A DNA stretch of 64,000 nt from an uncultured Chloroflexia bacterium (lineage in GTDB: Bacteria > Chloroflexota > Anaerolineae > JAAYZQ01). The notes under the pieces were generated by a model. The model was not told the origin of the DNA and did not search any database. It saw only the letters and a program-made list of their open reading frames with translations. Positions 19,249 to 29,636 of this stretch are shown one piece after another; within the stretch, counting starts at the first letter, position 1, and each line of letters begins with the position of its first letter. The stretch lies in the NCBI GenBank assembly GCA_963700285.1, contig CAVOXA010000001.1:608001-672000 (forward strand). Reading direction: 5' to 3'. The translations under genes and the position numbers were made by a program.

Positions 19249-20658
19249 GTGGGGTCAACACAAAAGTCTAGCCAGGCATCAGGCTGCTCGCTGGAAACTG
19301 CCCAGAAGTTGTGGCGGGCTGCCTTGGGCGAACTCCAGCTACAGATGACACGTGCGACCTTTGACACTTGGTTGCGAGGCAGCCGTGTGATCTCTTGCGA
19401 GGGCGATATCTTTACTGTGTACGTGCGTCACGCCTATGCTGTAGCCTGGCTTCAGAATCGCCTGCTACCTCTCATCAGACGAACGCTGCGACGGCACGCC
19501 GGCCCAGACGTGGAAGTGGTCTTTACAGACCGCGCTCCGGATTCGGAGGAGAACCTGGTTCTGGTACCTGAGACGCTACCTGAGGAAGAGGTTCCTGCCC
19601 AGGCCAGAAATCCGGTTCGGACCAATGGACGGCCTTCGGGCGTTCTGAATCCCGCCTATACCTTTGATACTTTTGTCGTCGGAACGAGCAATCGACTGGC
19701 GCATGCAGCCAGCATGGCTGTAGCTGAAAACCCTGCTCACGCCTACAATCCGCTGTTCATCTATGGTGGGGTAGGCCTGGGAAAGACACACCTGCTCCAT
19801 GCTCTGGGGCACGCTGCCCAGCAACGAGGCCTCCAGGTCCTCTACGTTTCTTCCGAGTGGTTCACCAATGACTTGATCAATGCAATCCGCTCACAAAAGA
19901 CTGGTACGTTTCGGGAAAAGTACCGCAACGGTGACGTGCTGTTGGTGGATGATATTCAGTTCATTGTTGGCAAGGAGGCGACGCAAGAAGAGTTCTTCCA
20001 CACTTTCAACACGCTCCATGGCGCCGGTAAGCAGGTTGTGGTCTCCTGTGACAGGCCGCCCAAGGCACTGGTTGCCCTGGAGGATCGTCTCCGCTCGCGC
20101 TTCAGTTGGGGCCTGATTGCTGATGTGCAGCCGCCTGATCTCGAGACTCGGATCGCCATCCTTAGGGACAAGGCGGAGAGCCATTCGGTACGGATGCCTG
20201 AAGAGGTTCTGGCTTACATTGCCCGCAAGATCCCTAGTAACGTCCGCGAACTGGAGGGTGCGCTGACTCGCGTTCGGGCCCATGCCCAACTTATGCGCGC
20301 GCCTATAACCCTTGATACAGCCCGCACCGTCCTGGACGGCATCCTGGCCTACTCGGCAGACCTGTCGCCAGATCTGATTCTCTCCGCCGTGGCCCGGTAC
20401 TACAAGCTCTCGGAGGAGCAACTTGTGGGCCGCAGCCGGGCTCGGCTTGTGTCGGTCCCGAGACAGCTTGCAATGTATCTCATCCGCGAGGAAACCGACT
20501 CTTCACTGCCCCAAATTGGGCAGCTTTTAGGCGGGCGAGACCATTCCACCATCATGCATGGTTGTTCAAAGATCAGTACCCAGATCGAGATGGATGAGGG
20601 TCTGCGCCGTGACTGGCTGGCCATCAAGGAGGGGTTGATTAGCGGGCGTCCCCACTAG
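19249..20658 (+). CDS. dnaA: Chromosomal replication initiator DnaA (start uncertain, GTG at 19249)
   Basis: YTFDTFVVG, NPLFIYGGVGLGKTHL, DDIQF, NVRELEGAL and GGRDHST motifs. Confidence 0.96.
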   Translation: MGSTQKSSQASGCSLETAQKLWRAALGELQLQMTRATFDTWLRGSRVISCEGDIFTVYVRHAYAVAWLQNRLLPLIRRTLRRHAGPDVEVVFTDRAPDSEENLVLVPETLPEEEVPAQARNPVRTNGRPSGVLNPAYTFDTFVVGTSNRLAHAASMAVAENPAHAYNPLFIYGGVGLGKTHLLHALGHAAQQRGLQVLYVSSEWFTNDLINAIRSQKTGTFREKYRNGDVLLVDDIQFIVGKEATQEEFFHTFNTLHGAGKQVVVSCDRPPKALVALEDRLRSRFSWGLIADVQPPDLETRIAILRDKAESHSVRMPEEVLAYIARKIPSNVRELEGALTRVRAHAQLMRAPITLDTARTVLDGILAYSADLSPDLILSAVARYYKLSEEQLVGRSRARLVSVPRQLAMYLIREETDSSLPQIGQLLGGRDHSTIMHGCSKISTQIEMDEGLRRDWLAIKEGLISGRPH

Positions 20659-20709
20659 TCCTCCGCCGGATAGGTCGGAGGCAACGCGGGCCGCAACTTG
20701 CACAGAATG

Positions 20710-20743
20710 AGAAAGACCCTGCCGATTTCGGCAGGGTCTTTTC
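20710..20743. terminator. Bidirectional terminator between dnaA and valS
   Basis: AAAGACCCTGCCG-ATTT-CGGCAGGGTCTTTT. Confidence 0.85.
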
Positions 20744-20748
20744 GTCAA

Positions 20749-23505
20749 CTACTCCTCTAGGGCCAGCAGTCGAGCCTCCAGCCGCGCCCGGCGCTCCTGC
20801 TTCTCAGCCAGAACGTCCTGTTGCTGCTGGATCACGTGCGGCGGCGCTTTGGAAGTGAATCCCTCGTTTGACAGTTTGGCTTGGGCGCGCTGGATCTCCT
20901 GGTCCGTCTCGGCCAGGGCCTTGCGCAAGCGGGTGGTCTCCTGCTCCAGATTAACCAGACCGGCCAGCGGCAGATAGGCCTCCACGCCCTGGGGTGCCAC
21001 CAGCGTCACTGCTTTCTGCGGCTTCTCTTCTAGTGCCCCGGTCAAGGTCAGATGGTTGTCGTCCACCTTGGCCAAGAAAGCCAGCAGTTCCCGCTGGTCC
21101 TCCAACATCCCCAGCTTCTCCCCGGCAGCAATGATTGCCGGCACACGCTTGCCGGGAGTCACGTTGAACTCGGCTCGAGCATTGCGTATCTGCCGGATCA
21201 GATCCATAAGTAGCTCCATGTCACTTTCGGCCTCGACATCAATCTGGACCACGGACTCGGGCCAGCGACAGATCATCAAGGCATCCTCCCAGGTGGAGTC
21301 GCCAGAAGGCCAGGCGGCCCTCAGATGCTGCCAGATCTCCTCTGTGACAAAGGGCATGTACGGATGCAACAAGCGCAGCGCCTGGTCCAAGACCATCACA
21401 AGCGTAGCCTGAGCTGTGGCCCGCGCCGCCAGATCCTGCCCGTAAAGCCGGATCTTGCAGGCCTCGATGTACCAGTCACAGAACTCGCTCCATAGAAAGT
21501 CGTTAATCCGCCTTCCTGCTTCGCCATACTGAAATGAATCAAAAAGTTCCGTCACATCGTTGATGAGGCGGTTCAAGCGGCTGACTATCCAGCGGTCGGC
21601 CAGCGACAGCTCGGTGTAGGGTCCGCCTGAGGTGAACTCCTCCAAGTTGGTGACCACAAACCGAGCAGCGTTCCAGATCTTGTTCGCAAAGTTGCGCGCG
21701 CCCTCCAGCCTGCGCGGATCTAGGTTCATGTCACTGCCAGGCGCCGAGCTGGTTAGCAGCGTGTAGCGCAGCGCGTCGGCACCGATCCGATCGATGATGA
21801 CCAGCGGATCGTACTCGTCAATGTTCTCCATCGACTTGCTGATCTTGCGGCCGTGTTCATTTCTGACGAGGCCATGGAGATAAACCGTCTCGTATGGGCT
21901 CTTGCCTGTCATCTCGACACCAAGCATCATCTCGCGGGCAACCCAGAAGAAGAGGATGTCGTACCCAGTCTCGCGCATGTCGTTTGGGTAGAAGCGGCGC
22001 ATGTCTGCAGTATCCTCGGGCCAGCCCAGCGTACTAAAGGGCCACAAACCGGAGCTAAACCAGGTGTCCAGCACGTCGGGATCGCGGCGGATGTTTTCAC
22101 TGCCGCACTGAGCGCATTCGTCGGGATCGGCCATCTCGGTGAACTCGTCCCCACAATCGTCGCAGTACCACACCGGAATCTGGTGTCCCCACCAGAGTTG
22201 GCGGCTGATGCACCATGGCCGGATGTTCTCCATCCAATGAAAAAAACGGCGCTCCTCTCGCTCGGGGATGATGGTCGTCTCGCCCCGGCGCACGGCTTTC
22301 ACTGCCGCCTCAGCCAGTGGTTTCACGTTCAGAAACCACTGTGTGCTGATGCGCGGTTCGATGACTGTGTCGCATCGCTGGCAGTGGGCCACGGCGTGGT
22401 GATAGGGCTCGATTTTGAGCAGCAGTCCTTCTGCCTCAAAGTCACGCACGATAGCTTCGCGGGCCTGGTAGCGGTCCATCCCTTCGTAGGGTCCAGCCAG
22501 CTCGTTCATCACGGCCGTGTTATCAAGTACCGTGGGTGCATCTAGATTGTGGCGAAGTCCCATCTCATAGTCATTGGGATCGTGGGCGGGTGTGACCTTG
22601 ACTGCCCCGGTGCCGAATTCGGGATCGACCAACTCGTCGGTGATGATGGGGATGTGCCGGTTGATGGCTGGTAGGACTGCCATCCTACCCACCAGCCCTC
22701 CGAATCGCTCGTGGGCCTCGTGGGTGGCCACAGCCGTGTCGCCCAGGATCGTCTCTGGGCGAGTGGTGGCCATTTCGATGAATTCGGACGCCCCCTCGGC
22801 CCAGCGCCCGCTACCCCAGGCATGCCGGGGTCCTTCCCACTCGTCGTCGAGCAGGGGATAGCGGATGGTCCATAGTTGGGTGTCGTGTTCTTCAGCGATC
22901 GCCTCCAGGTCAGAGATGGCGGTCTCGCAGCGCGGGCACCAGTTCACCAGGTAAGCTCCCCGGGTGATCAATCCCTTCTTGTACAGCCGGACAAATGCGG
23001 TTCGCACAGCGTGGCTTAACCCATTGTCCATGGTGAAACGGTCTCGATCCCAGTCACAGCTGATGCCCAGGCGCTTGTGCTGTTCGGTGATGCGAGCGAG
23101 GTAGACCTCCTTCCACTCCCATACCTTTTCCACAAACTTGTCGCGGCCCAGGTCAAAACGGGTGAGGCCTTCTTTGCGCAGCTCCCGCTCGACCACATTC
23201 TGGGTAGCAATGCCGGCATGGTCGGAACCGGGCAAGAACAGTGTCTCGCGTCCCTTCATCCGGTAGTAGCGGGTCATCAGATCCTCGACTGCGGCCGTCA
23301 TGGCATGTCCCAGGTGCAAGGCACCCGTCACGTTGGGCGGGGGCATGGTGATACACCACGCCGGCCCATCCGAGTCCGCTAGTCCGTTCTCTACCGACGT
23401 CTCCGGCTTAAAGTAACCCTGTGACTCCCACCACGCATACAGGCGTTTCTCCGTCGTATGGGGGTCGTACATTTTGGCCATCTCTCGCTTCTGCTTGTCA
23501 CTCAT
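20749..23505 (-). CDS. valS: Valine--tRNA ligase
   Basis: PPPNVTGALHLGHA, TTRPET, WCISRQLWWGH, DTWFSS, KISKS (KMSKS variant), C-terminal coiled coil. Confidence 0.98.
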   Translation of the reverse strand: MSDKQKREMAKMYDPHTTEKRLYAWWESQGYFKPETSVENGLADSDGPAWCITMPPPNVTGALHLGHAMTAAVEDLMTRYYRMKGRETLFLPGSDHAGIATQNVVERELRKEGLTRFDLGRDKFVEKVWEWKEVYLARITEQHKRLGISCDWDRDRFTMDNGLSHAVRTAFVRLYKKGLITRGAYLVNWCPRCETAISDLEAIAEEHDTQLWTIRYPLLDDEWEGPRHAWGSGRWAEGASEFIEMATTRPETILGDTAVATHEAHERFGGLVGRMAVLPAINRHIPIITDELVDPEFGTGAVKVTPAHDPNDYEMGLRHNLDAPTVLDNTAVMNELAGPYEGMDRYQAREAIVRDFEAEGLLLKIEPYHHAVAHCQRCDTVIEPRISTQWFLNVKPLAEAAVKAVRRGETTIIPEREERRFFHWMENIRPWCISRQLWWGHQIPVWYCDDCGDEFTEMADPDECAQCGSENIRRDPDVLDTWFSSGLWPFSTLGWPEDTADMRRFYPNDMRETGYDILFFWVAREMMLGVEMTGKSPYETVYLHGLVRNEHGRKISKSMENIDEYDPLVIIDRIGADALRYTLLTSSAPGSDMNLDPRRLEGARNFANKIWNAARFVVTNLEEFTSGGPYTELSLADRWIVSRLNRLINDVTELFDSFQYGEAGRRINDFLWSEFCDWYIEACKIRLYGQDLAARATAQATLVMVLDQALRLLHPYMPFVTEEIWQHLRAAWPSGDSTWEDALMICRWPESVVQIDVEAESDMELLMDLIRQIRNARAEFNVTPGKRVPAIIAAGEKLGMLEDQRELLAFLAKVDDNHLTLTGALEEKPQKAVTLVAPQGVEAYLPLAGLVNLEQETTRLRKALAETDQEIQRAQAKLSNEGFTSKAPPHVIQQQQDVLAEKQERRARLEARLLALEE

Positions 23506-23544
23506 TTTCGGCCGCATCTCCTCGCATTGTTGGCTGTCTTCACA

Positions 23545-23930
23545 CAAAAACCCCTTTCATCCACAAGGACGAAAGGGGCATCTCCCGCGTTACCACCCTG
23601 TTTGGCAGAAAGCTGCTAGTATCCAGCTATCAGCACGCCTTGAAGCCCATCGCCTCTTTGAGCAAACAAGAACTGATAGCCGGGTGCCGTACGCTCTTCA
23701 CCCACTCTGTCGCGATAACGGGCGAACCCGGACTGGCCTACAGCTGCTCTGGAAAGCTTACAATCAGCAGTTCTCGGTCAGCCAACTCCCAGGCGACCTT
23801 CAGCGGATGGCTGCTGTGGGGGGCTTGCAGCCGCTGACCCCCCTCTCTGCCGGACGGCATTCCGATGCTCGCAGGCACCCCGTACCTGTTCTCCAGGGCC
23901 CGTCCGCCTACTCCTCCTGTTCACTGTCAG
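23545..23930 (-). promoter_or_regulatory. T-box riboswitch (Val)
   Basis: AGGGTGGTAACGCG T-box (23586-23599), terminator with U-run, AGAGA and GCTG stem I motifs, specifier GAAG-GUC-GCC (Val codon at 23795-23797). Confidence 0.92.
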
Positions 23931-23976
23931 TGCATTATGACGGGCGGGCACGCATGGCCCGCCGAATGGTGCGATT

Positions 23977-24039
23977 ATTATACCCGACTTTCACATGCCT
24001 GTCAAGTAGTTTGACAGATGCCTGGCGTTGGAGTATAAT
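23977..24039. promoter_or_regulatory. Back-to-back consensus sigma70 promoters (valS leader and secDF)
   Basis: TTGACA-17-TATAAT on both strands (minus 24005-23977; plus 24011-24039). Confidence 0.85.
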
Positions 24040-24113
24040 CACTTCGTTTGCGTACCGCAGGTCTCGCATCCGGGAAAGGCATCACCAATGTTGGGAGGAA
24101 TAGCGAACGGGAT

Positions 24114-25730
24114 ATGAAAAAGAGAAATACTATCCTGCTGATCATCATACTCATCCTGGGCCTCATTGTGCTGTACATCGATCTGTCGAATCGCAGTCTG
24201 ATCTTTGAGTTGGGCCCGATCTCGGTGGATCAGGATTTCACGATCAAGCAGGGACTGGACCTGCAGGGCGGGTTGCAGGTCCTCCTGGAGGCGGACCTGC
24301 CTCCTGGCACAGATCCCGAACCCGGTTCGCTGGATGTCTCAGCTCAGATTATCGGGAACCGGGTCAATGCGTTGGGTGTTGTCGAGCCTTTGGTGCAGAC
24401 TCAGGGCAGCCGTCGAATCATCATCGAGTTGCCGGGTGTCAAAGATCCAGAGCAGGCCGTCGCTACTATCAAGGAGACCGGCTTGCTGGAGTTCATCGAC
24501 GCGGGCGACTTTTTCGTCCCACCTGGTACTGCAGTCCAGACCACCTATCCGCTTTTGGAATCAGAGGGGGCCAGGACTGAGTTTGTGGAGGCCGGGTTGG
24601 AGGGCGTGGTTCCTCCTGACAGCCCGATCACAGGGACGCAGCAGATCACGCCTTCCCAGGAGACCAAGCAGCCATCAACGGAAGTGGATGCGCCTGCGGG
24701 ACCGGCGATTACGGACCGGGTTTTTGCTACTGTCCTCACGGGCGCCCATCTCAAAGCCGCCGCGGTACAACGCGATGAGCAGACAGGCCAGTTCCTGATC
24801 GCCTTTGAACTCAGCGATGAGGGTGGGCGTATCTTTGATGACTATACCGGGCGCAATATCAACAAGATCCTATCCATTGTCCTGGACAAGGAGATCATTT
24901 CCAGCCCTGTGATCCAGTCCCGGATCCCCGACGGCCGGGGCGTCATTCAGGGGGACTTTACTCCAGAGGAGGCGCAGAACTTGGTGGTCCAGCTCAGGTA
25001 TGGCGCCCTCCCTGTGCCGCTGCGCGTGGAGGCCACCCGCGCCATTGGCCCCACCCTGGGGCAGGACTCTGTGCGAAAGAGCCTTCAGGCTGGGGCAGTA
25101 GGCCTCTCCATCGTCCTGCTATTCATGTTGATCTATTACCGCTTGCCTGGGTTCTTGGCTGACTTGGCTCTGATCCTGTATGGTCTGCTCAACTTGGCGG
25201 TCTACAAGGTTGGCTGGCCGGTCCTGCTGCTCATCAGTCTTGTCCTGTTCATTAGTTATATTCTCGACCGTAAGGATGTCTGGCCATTAGCCCTTGGTGG
25301 CATCTTGCTGTTGGCAACCCTTGGCCTCGCTGCTGCTGGCTTCACGGGGGTGACGCTGACCCTGCCCGCAGTTACTGGCTTTATCCTGTCCACCGGCATG
25401 GCGGTTGACGCCAACATTCTCGTCTTTGAGCGGATGAAGGAGGAGCTGCGTGCCGGACGCAGCCTGAACTCGGCAATAGAAGCTGGGTTCAGCCGCGCCT
25501 GGACATCCATCCGCGACTCTAATATCTCGACCCTGATAACCTGCGTCATCCTCTTTTATTTTGGTTCAACTTTCGGTGCAGGAGCAGTGAGGGGTTTTGC
25601 AGTCACCCTGGCACTGGGTGTGGTCATCAATCTGTTTACCGCTATCATTGTCACCCGGACTCTGATGCGTTTTGTCTTTGACACATGGGGCGAGAAACTG
25701 CAGGACGCCAAATCCTTGATGGGCACGTGA
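24114..25730 (+). CDS. secD: Protein translocase subunit SecD
   Basis: GLDLQGG, LRYGALP, GPTLG and GMAVDANILVFER motifs. Confidence 0.97.
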   Translation: MKKRNTILLIIILILGLIVLYIDLSNRSLIFELGPISVDQDFTIKQGLDLQGGLQVLLEADLPPGTDPEPGSLDVSAQIIGNRVNALGVVEPLVQTQGSRRIIIELPGVKDPEQAVATIKETGLLEFIDAGDFFVPPGTAVQTTYPLLESEGARTEFVEAGLEGVVPPDSPITGTQQITPSQETKQPSTEVDAPAGPAITDRVFATVLTGAHLKAAAVQRDEQTGQFLIAFELSDEGGRIFDDYTGRNINKILSIVLDKEIISSPVIQSRIPDGRGVIQGDFTPEEAQNLVVQLRYGALPVPLRVEATRAIGPTLGQDSVRKSLQAGAVGLSIVLLFMLIYYRLPGFLADLALILYGLLNLAVYKVGWPVLLLISLVLFISYILDRKDVWPLALGGILLLATLGLAAAGFTGVTLTLPAVTGFILSTGMAVDANILVFERMKEELRAGRSLNSAIEAGFSRAWTSIRDSNISTLITCVILFYFGSTFGAGAVRGFAVTLALGVVINLFTAIIVTRTLMRFVFDTWGEKLQDAKSLMGT

Positions 25731-25796
25731 CCAGGCCAGGCCTTTTGACCAAGGGCCTATGGTCCGCTTTGGTACAGGCAAAGGGGAGGATTATCG

Positions 25797-26720
25797 ATGT
25801 TCAACATCGTTGAGAAACGACAGTGGTATTTCTTACTATCGGCGCTGATCATCTTGCCGGGGCTGGTGGCCATGATCTATTCGATCGTGACCTATGGTTC
25901 GCCCATCAGATTAGGCATCGACTTTACCGGGGGCGCCCTGGTAGAGCTTCGCTTCCAGCAGCCTGTGCAGCCGGCCCAGGTGCGCCAGGTCTTTGTGGAA
26001 CACGGCTTTCTGGGTATTACGGTGCAGACGACCGTGGATGAGCAGACGATCCTGATACGCACCAAGCCCACGGACACGGAGACCATGGAGCCGATTCTGG
26101 ACGAGCTGCGCGCGGGTTATGGTGAGGTGGAGCTCTTGCGTTTCGAATCGGTGGGACCGGCTGTGGGTGCCGAGGTGACCCGTGCGGCAGGCATTGCTGT
26201 GGCAGTCGCTGCTCTATTTATCCTGGGCTATATTGTCTTTGCTTTCCGCAATGTGCCCAACGCTTTCCGCTATGGTGCCTGCGCCATTGCGGCCATGCTC
26301 CACGACATTCTGGTTACGGTGGGGCTCTTTTCCATCGCCGGACTGGTGCTGGGTTGGGAAGCGGATGCTCTCTTTCTGACTGCGCTCCTGACCGTGATTG
26401 GCTTCAGTGTTCAGGATACCATTGTTGTGTTCGACCGCATCCGTGAGAACATTACCAGGCGCCGGGGCGAGTCGTTTGAAACTATTGCCAACCGCAGTCT
26501 CCTGGAGACCTTGCACCGCTCCCTGGCCACCCAGCTAAATGCGATTTTCGTGCTGGTTGCTCTCTTGCTTCTGGGCGGGGCCACGACCCAGCAGTTTGTG
26601 GCCATCCTGTTGGTTGGCCTGATCTCGGGCACCTACTCTTCCATCTTTACGGCGGTACCCTTGCTCGTCACTTGGGAGACTGGGGAGGTACGTGGCCATC
26701 CTGTCGAGGCTACTGCCTGA
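25797..26720 (+). CDS. secF: Protein translocase subunit SecF
   Basis: GIDFTGG, DTIVVFDRIRE and GTYSS motifs. Confidence 0.97.
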   Translation: MFNIVEKRQWYFLLSALIILPGLVAMIYSIVTYGSPIRLGIDFTGGALVELRFQQPVQPAQVRQVFVEHGFLGITVQTTVDEQTILIRTKPTDTETMEPILDELRAGYGEVELLRFESVGPAVGAEVTRAAGIAVAVAALFILGYIVFAFRNVPNAFRYGACAIAAMLHDILVTVGLFSIAGLVLGWEADALFLTALLTVIGFSVQDTIVVFDRIRENITRRRGESFETIANRSLLETLHRSLATQLNAIFVLVALLLLGGATTQQFVAILLVGLISGTYSSIFTAVPLLVTWETGEVRGHPVEATA

Positions 26721-26726
26721 GCCAAG

Positions 26727-27491
26727 ATGACCGGAGCACCGATCTCGGATCGCCCGCTCAATTACGCGCACCGTGGCGCTAGCCACGATGCGCCAGGCAA
26801 CACGCTGGCAGCCTTTCTTCTGGCGGCTGAGCTGGGCGCCGATGGCATCGAGCTCGATGTACATCTCTCAAAAGATGGCGAAGCTGTGGTCATCCATGAC
26901 TTTTCACTGGAGGCCACGACGGATGGTCAGGGTCGTGTCCGGGATCATACCCTGGCAGATCTGCGGAAACTGGACGCCGGAAGCTGGTTCGATGTAGCCT
27001 ATGCTGGCCAGCGCATCCCCACCTTGCAGGAGGTTGTCGATACCGTCGGCCACCGCTTGCTGATCAATGTCGAACTCAAAACCAAGAACCTGCGCGACGA
27101 GGGTCTGGCTGCCGAAGTGGTGCGCATCGTCGAGGATAGCAACCTGTCGGACCGGGTCGTCATTTCCTCCTTTAACCCCATCGCGTTGCGCTGGGTGAGG
27201 AAAGCCAATCCTACGATCCCTTTGGGGCTTCTTTACGACGCTGATCAGACTCTGCTCCTGCGCCAGGCGTGGCTTCGCCACATTGTGCAGCCCGAGGCTC
27301 TGCACCCCCATCACTCACTGGTGGACAGCAAGTACGTGCGCTGGGCCAGGGCAAGGGGCTATCGGCTCCACGTCTGGACCGCAGACGACCCGGGCGTCAT
27401 GCGAGAATTGATCCAGTACGGTGTCGACATCATTATCACCAACCGGCCTGACCGGCTGGGAGAAGTCTTGAGGACAGAGCGGGGAGGGTGA
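26727..27491 (+). CDS. Glycerophosphodiester phosphodiesterase
   Basis: AHRG, IELDV, HD, ELK and IITNRP motifs. Confidence 0.93.
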   Translation: MTGAPISDRPLNYAHRGASHDAPGNTLAAFLLAAELGADGIELDVHLSKDGEAVVIHDFSLEATTDGQGRVRDHTLADLRKLDAGSWFDVAYAGQRIPTLQEVVDTVGHRLLINVELKTKNLRDEGLAAEVVRIVEDSNLSDRVVISSFNPIALRWVRKANPTIPLGLLYDADQTLLLRQAWLRHIVQPEALHPHHSLVDSKYVRWARARGYRLHVWTADDPGVMRELIQYGVDIIITNRPDRLGEVLRTERGG

Positions 27492-27494
27492 CCG

Positions 27495-27695
27495 ATGCCC
27501 CAAGATGTGCAAGTAGACGACCTGGTACGGCTGCGCAAGCCCCATCCGTGTGGCAGCTACGAGTGGCTTGTCGTGCGCATCGGCGCTGATATCGGCCTAA
27601 AGTGCCAGGTTTGTGGCCGGCGAGTGCTTTTGGACCGCCGCAACTTTAATAAACGTGTCAAGAAAGTGATTCATCGCTTGGGTGGCGAGGGCTAA
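27495..27695 (+). CDS. DUF951 family protein
   Basis: [23 protein letters not shown]. Confidence 0.9.
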   Translation: MPQDVQVDDLVRLRKPHPCGSYEWLVVRIGADIGLKCQVCGRRVLLDRRNFNKRVKKVIHRLGGEG

Positions 27696-27759
27696 TACAT
27701 AGGAGATTTGGTGGCCCCAAGAACCACCATGTCTCTCTCCTTGATCACAGAACTCGACG

Positions 27760-28341
27760 CTACGAGACAAAGTAGGCCAGTGCCAACCGCACTCGCTCCT
27801 CCAGTGGCATCGACTCACGAGGCAGGGTGCCGATGGCACCCTGCGCCTCGGCTACGCTGTAGCCCAATCCTGTCAGCGCGGCGATGAGGTCGACGTCAGC
27901 GCCGGAGATGGCAGGGGTAGGTTCACCCCCGATTACCTCAGCTCCCATCTTGTCTTTGAGGGTAAAAACCAGTTTCTTGGCTGTCTTGGGCCCAATACCC
28001 GGCACCCGGGCCAGAAGAGCTATGTCTTCCTGGGCGATGGCTGCGCGCAGGCGGTCGGGGGGTAGTGTGGAGAGGATGGCCAATGCCACCTTCGGTCCAA
28101 TACCCGACACGCCCAACAGCGTGCGGAACAGGCCCAGTTCATCCTCTGTTCCGCAGCCGTAGAGGGTCAGCTCGTTCTCCCGGACGTGAAGATGGGTGAA
28201 CAGGGTTACGTCCTGCCCCGGCCTGCCCAGGGTGTCCAGATGATTCTTTGGAACAAAAACCTGAAAGCCTACTCCGCCGACTTGAATGACGACAGCTTCC
28301 TGGCCAACCATGGCAATGGTACCTTGGAGATTTGCGATCAT
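27760..28341 (-). CDS. ruvA: Holliday junction branch migration protein RuvA
   Basis: GVG, HVRE and two HhH motifs (GIGPK); C-terminal ALTGLGY. Confidence 0.96.
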   Translation of the reverse strand: MIANLQGTIAMVGQEAVVIQVGGVGFQVFVPKNHLDTLGRPGQDVTLFTHLHVRENELTLYGCGTEDELGLFRTLLGVSGIGPKVALAILSTLPPDRLRAAIAQEDIALLARVPGIGPKTAKKLVFTLKDKMGAEVIGGEPTPAISGADVDLIAALTGLGYSVAEAQGAIGTLPRESMPLEERVRLALAYFVS

Positions 28342-28345
28342 CGAT

Positions 28346-28843
28346 CTAGGCCGCCCCAGCAAGAAGAGCCTTCATGTGCGCCGAGTGGATATGGCACACA
28401 GCCACGGCCACGGCATCGGCGGCATCGTCGGGCTGGGGTACATGGTCTAGGCCGAGCAGCATTCGCACCATCTCCTGCACCTGCCGTTTGTCCGCCCCGC
28501 CATAGCCGGCGACAGCTTGTTTGATCTCCAACGGCTTGTATTCGTGAATCGACAGTCCTGCATCGGCCAAGGCCAGCAGGGTGACCCCTCGGGCGTGGCC
28601 CACTGACAGCGCTGTACGCGCGTTGCGGCTGAAGAACAGCTCCTCGACCGCGGCTGTCTGGGGTTGGTGCTGGGTGACAACGTCCCGCAGGCCCTGATAG
28701 ATAGTCTGCAACCTCTCTGGCAGCGGCTGTCCTGCGGGCGTGGTGATGACGCCATAGTCCACCAGGGCCAACCCTGCTTGATCCTCACGCACTAGCCCAA
28801 AGCCGGTGATGGCTGTGCCGGGGTCGATCCCCAGAACCAGCAC
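28346..28843 (-). CDS. ruvC: Crossover junction endodeoxyribonuclease RuvC
   Basis: LGIDPG, EELFF, ARGV and DDAADA motifs. Confidence 0.97.
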   Translation of the reverse strand: MLVLGIDPGTAITGFGLVREDQAGLALVDYGVITTPAGQPLPERLQTIYQGLRDVVTQHQPQTAAVEELFFSRNARTALSVGHARGVTLLALADAGLSIHEYKPLEIKQAVAGYGGADKRQVQEMVRMLLGLDHVPQPDDAADAVAVAVCHIHSAHMKALLAGAA

Positions 28844-29598
28844 TATGCCTGCGCCTCGTACGCAGCCATCAGCTCGTCCGAGATGTCCAGGTTTGAGAAT
28901 ACCTGCTGGACGTCCTCCAAATCTTCCAGCGTGGTGATCAGGTTCATGTTCTGAAAGGTTTGCTTTTGGTCGAGCTTGATGGTGGTCTTGGGCATCATGG
29001 TGACCTCTGCCGATTCCAAATTGAGACCGTGCTCTGTCAGGCCATCTCTCACCATTTGAAAGTCGGTAGCCTCGGAAAAGATCTCTACCAAATCCTCGCC
29101 AAAAGTGACATCGTCAGCGCCGCTTTCCACGGCCATATCAAAGACCTCGTCCGGGTCCAGATCGTCGGGGGCAACGGTAAAGTAGCCCCTGGGTTCGAAC
29201 TGCCAGGCCACACAGCCTGATTCGCCCAGGCTGCCGCCCAGCTTGTTGAACCAGCGCCGGATATCGGCCACGGCCCGGTTGCGATTGTCGGTGACCACCA
29301 GCATTAGCAGCGCGACGCCGTGCGGCCCATAGCCTTCGTAGGTGACCTCCTCCAGGATCGCGCCCTTTTCCAGTCCAGCCCCCCGGCGGATTGCCCGGTC
29401 GATGTTGTCCTTTGGCATGTTGGCTGCCTTGGCCTTGTCCATCACCAGCCGCAGCTTAAAGTTAGCTTCGATGTCTGGCCCGCCTTCTCGGGCGGCGAGG
29501 GATAGTTCCTTGCCTAGCTTGGTAAAGATCTGTCCTCTTTTGGCATCGGTTGCCGCCTTTTTCCGCTTGATCGTAGACCACTTGGAGTGCCCGCTCAA
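28843..29598 (-). CDS. yebC: YebC/PmpR family protein
   Basis: MSGHSKWSTIK, YEGYG and TDNRNR motifs; canonical position upstream of ruvC. Confidence 0.96.
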   Translation of the reverse strand: MSGHSKWSTIKRKKAATDAKRGQIFTKLGKELSLAAREGGPDIEANFKLRLVMDKAKAANMPKDNIDRAIRRGAGLEKGAILEEVTYEGYGPHGVALLMLVVTDNRNRAVADIRRWFNKLGGSLGESGCVAWQFEPRGYFTVAPDDLDPDEVFDMAVESGADDVTFGEDLVEIFSEATDFQMVRDGLTEHGLNLESAEVTMMPKTTIKLDQKQTFQNMNLITTLEDLEDVQQVFSNLDISDELMAAYEAQA

Positions 29599-29636
29599 AT
29601 GTACCTCCTACCTTTTTCCGCTAGCGAGCGGCATGC

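Noticed and set aside
18750-19250. oriC call
   Set aside because: No consensus DnaA boxes, DnaA-trios or clear AT-rich unwinding element seen; kept only as a finding
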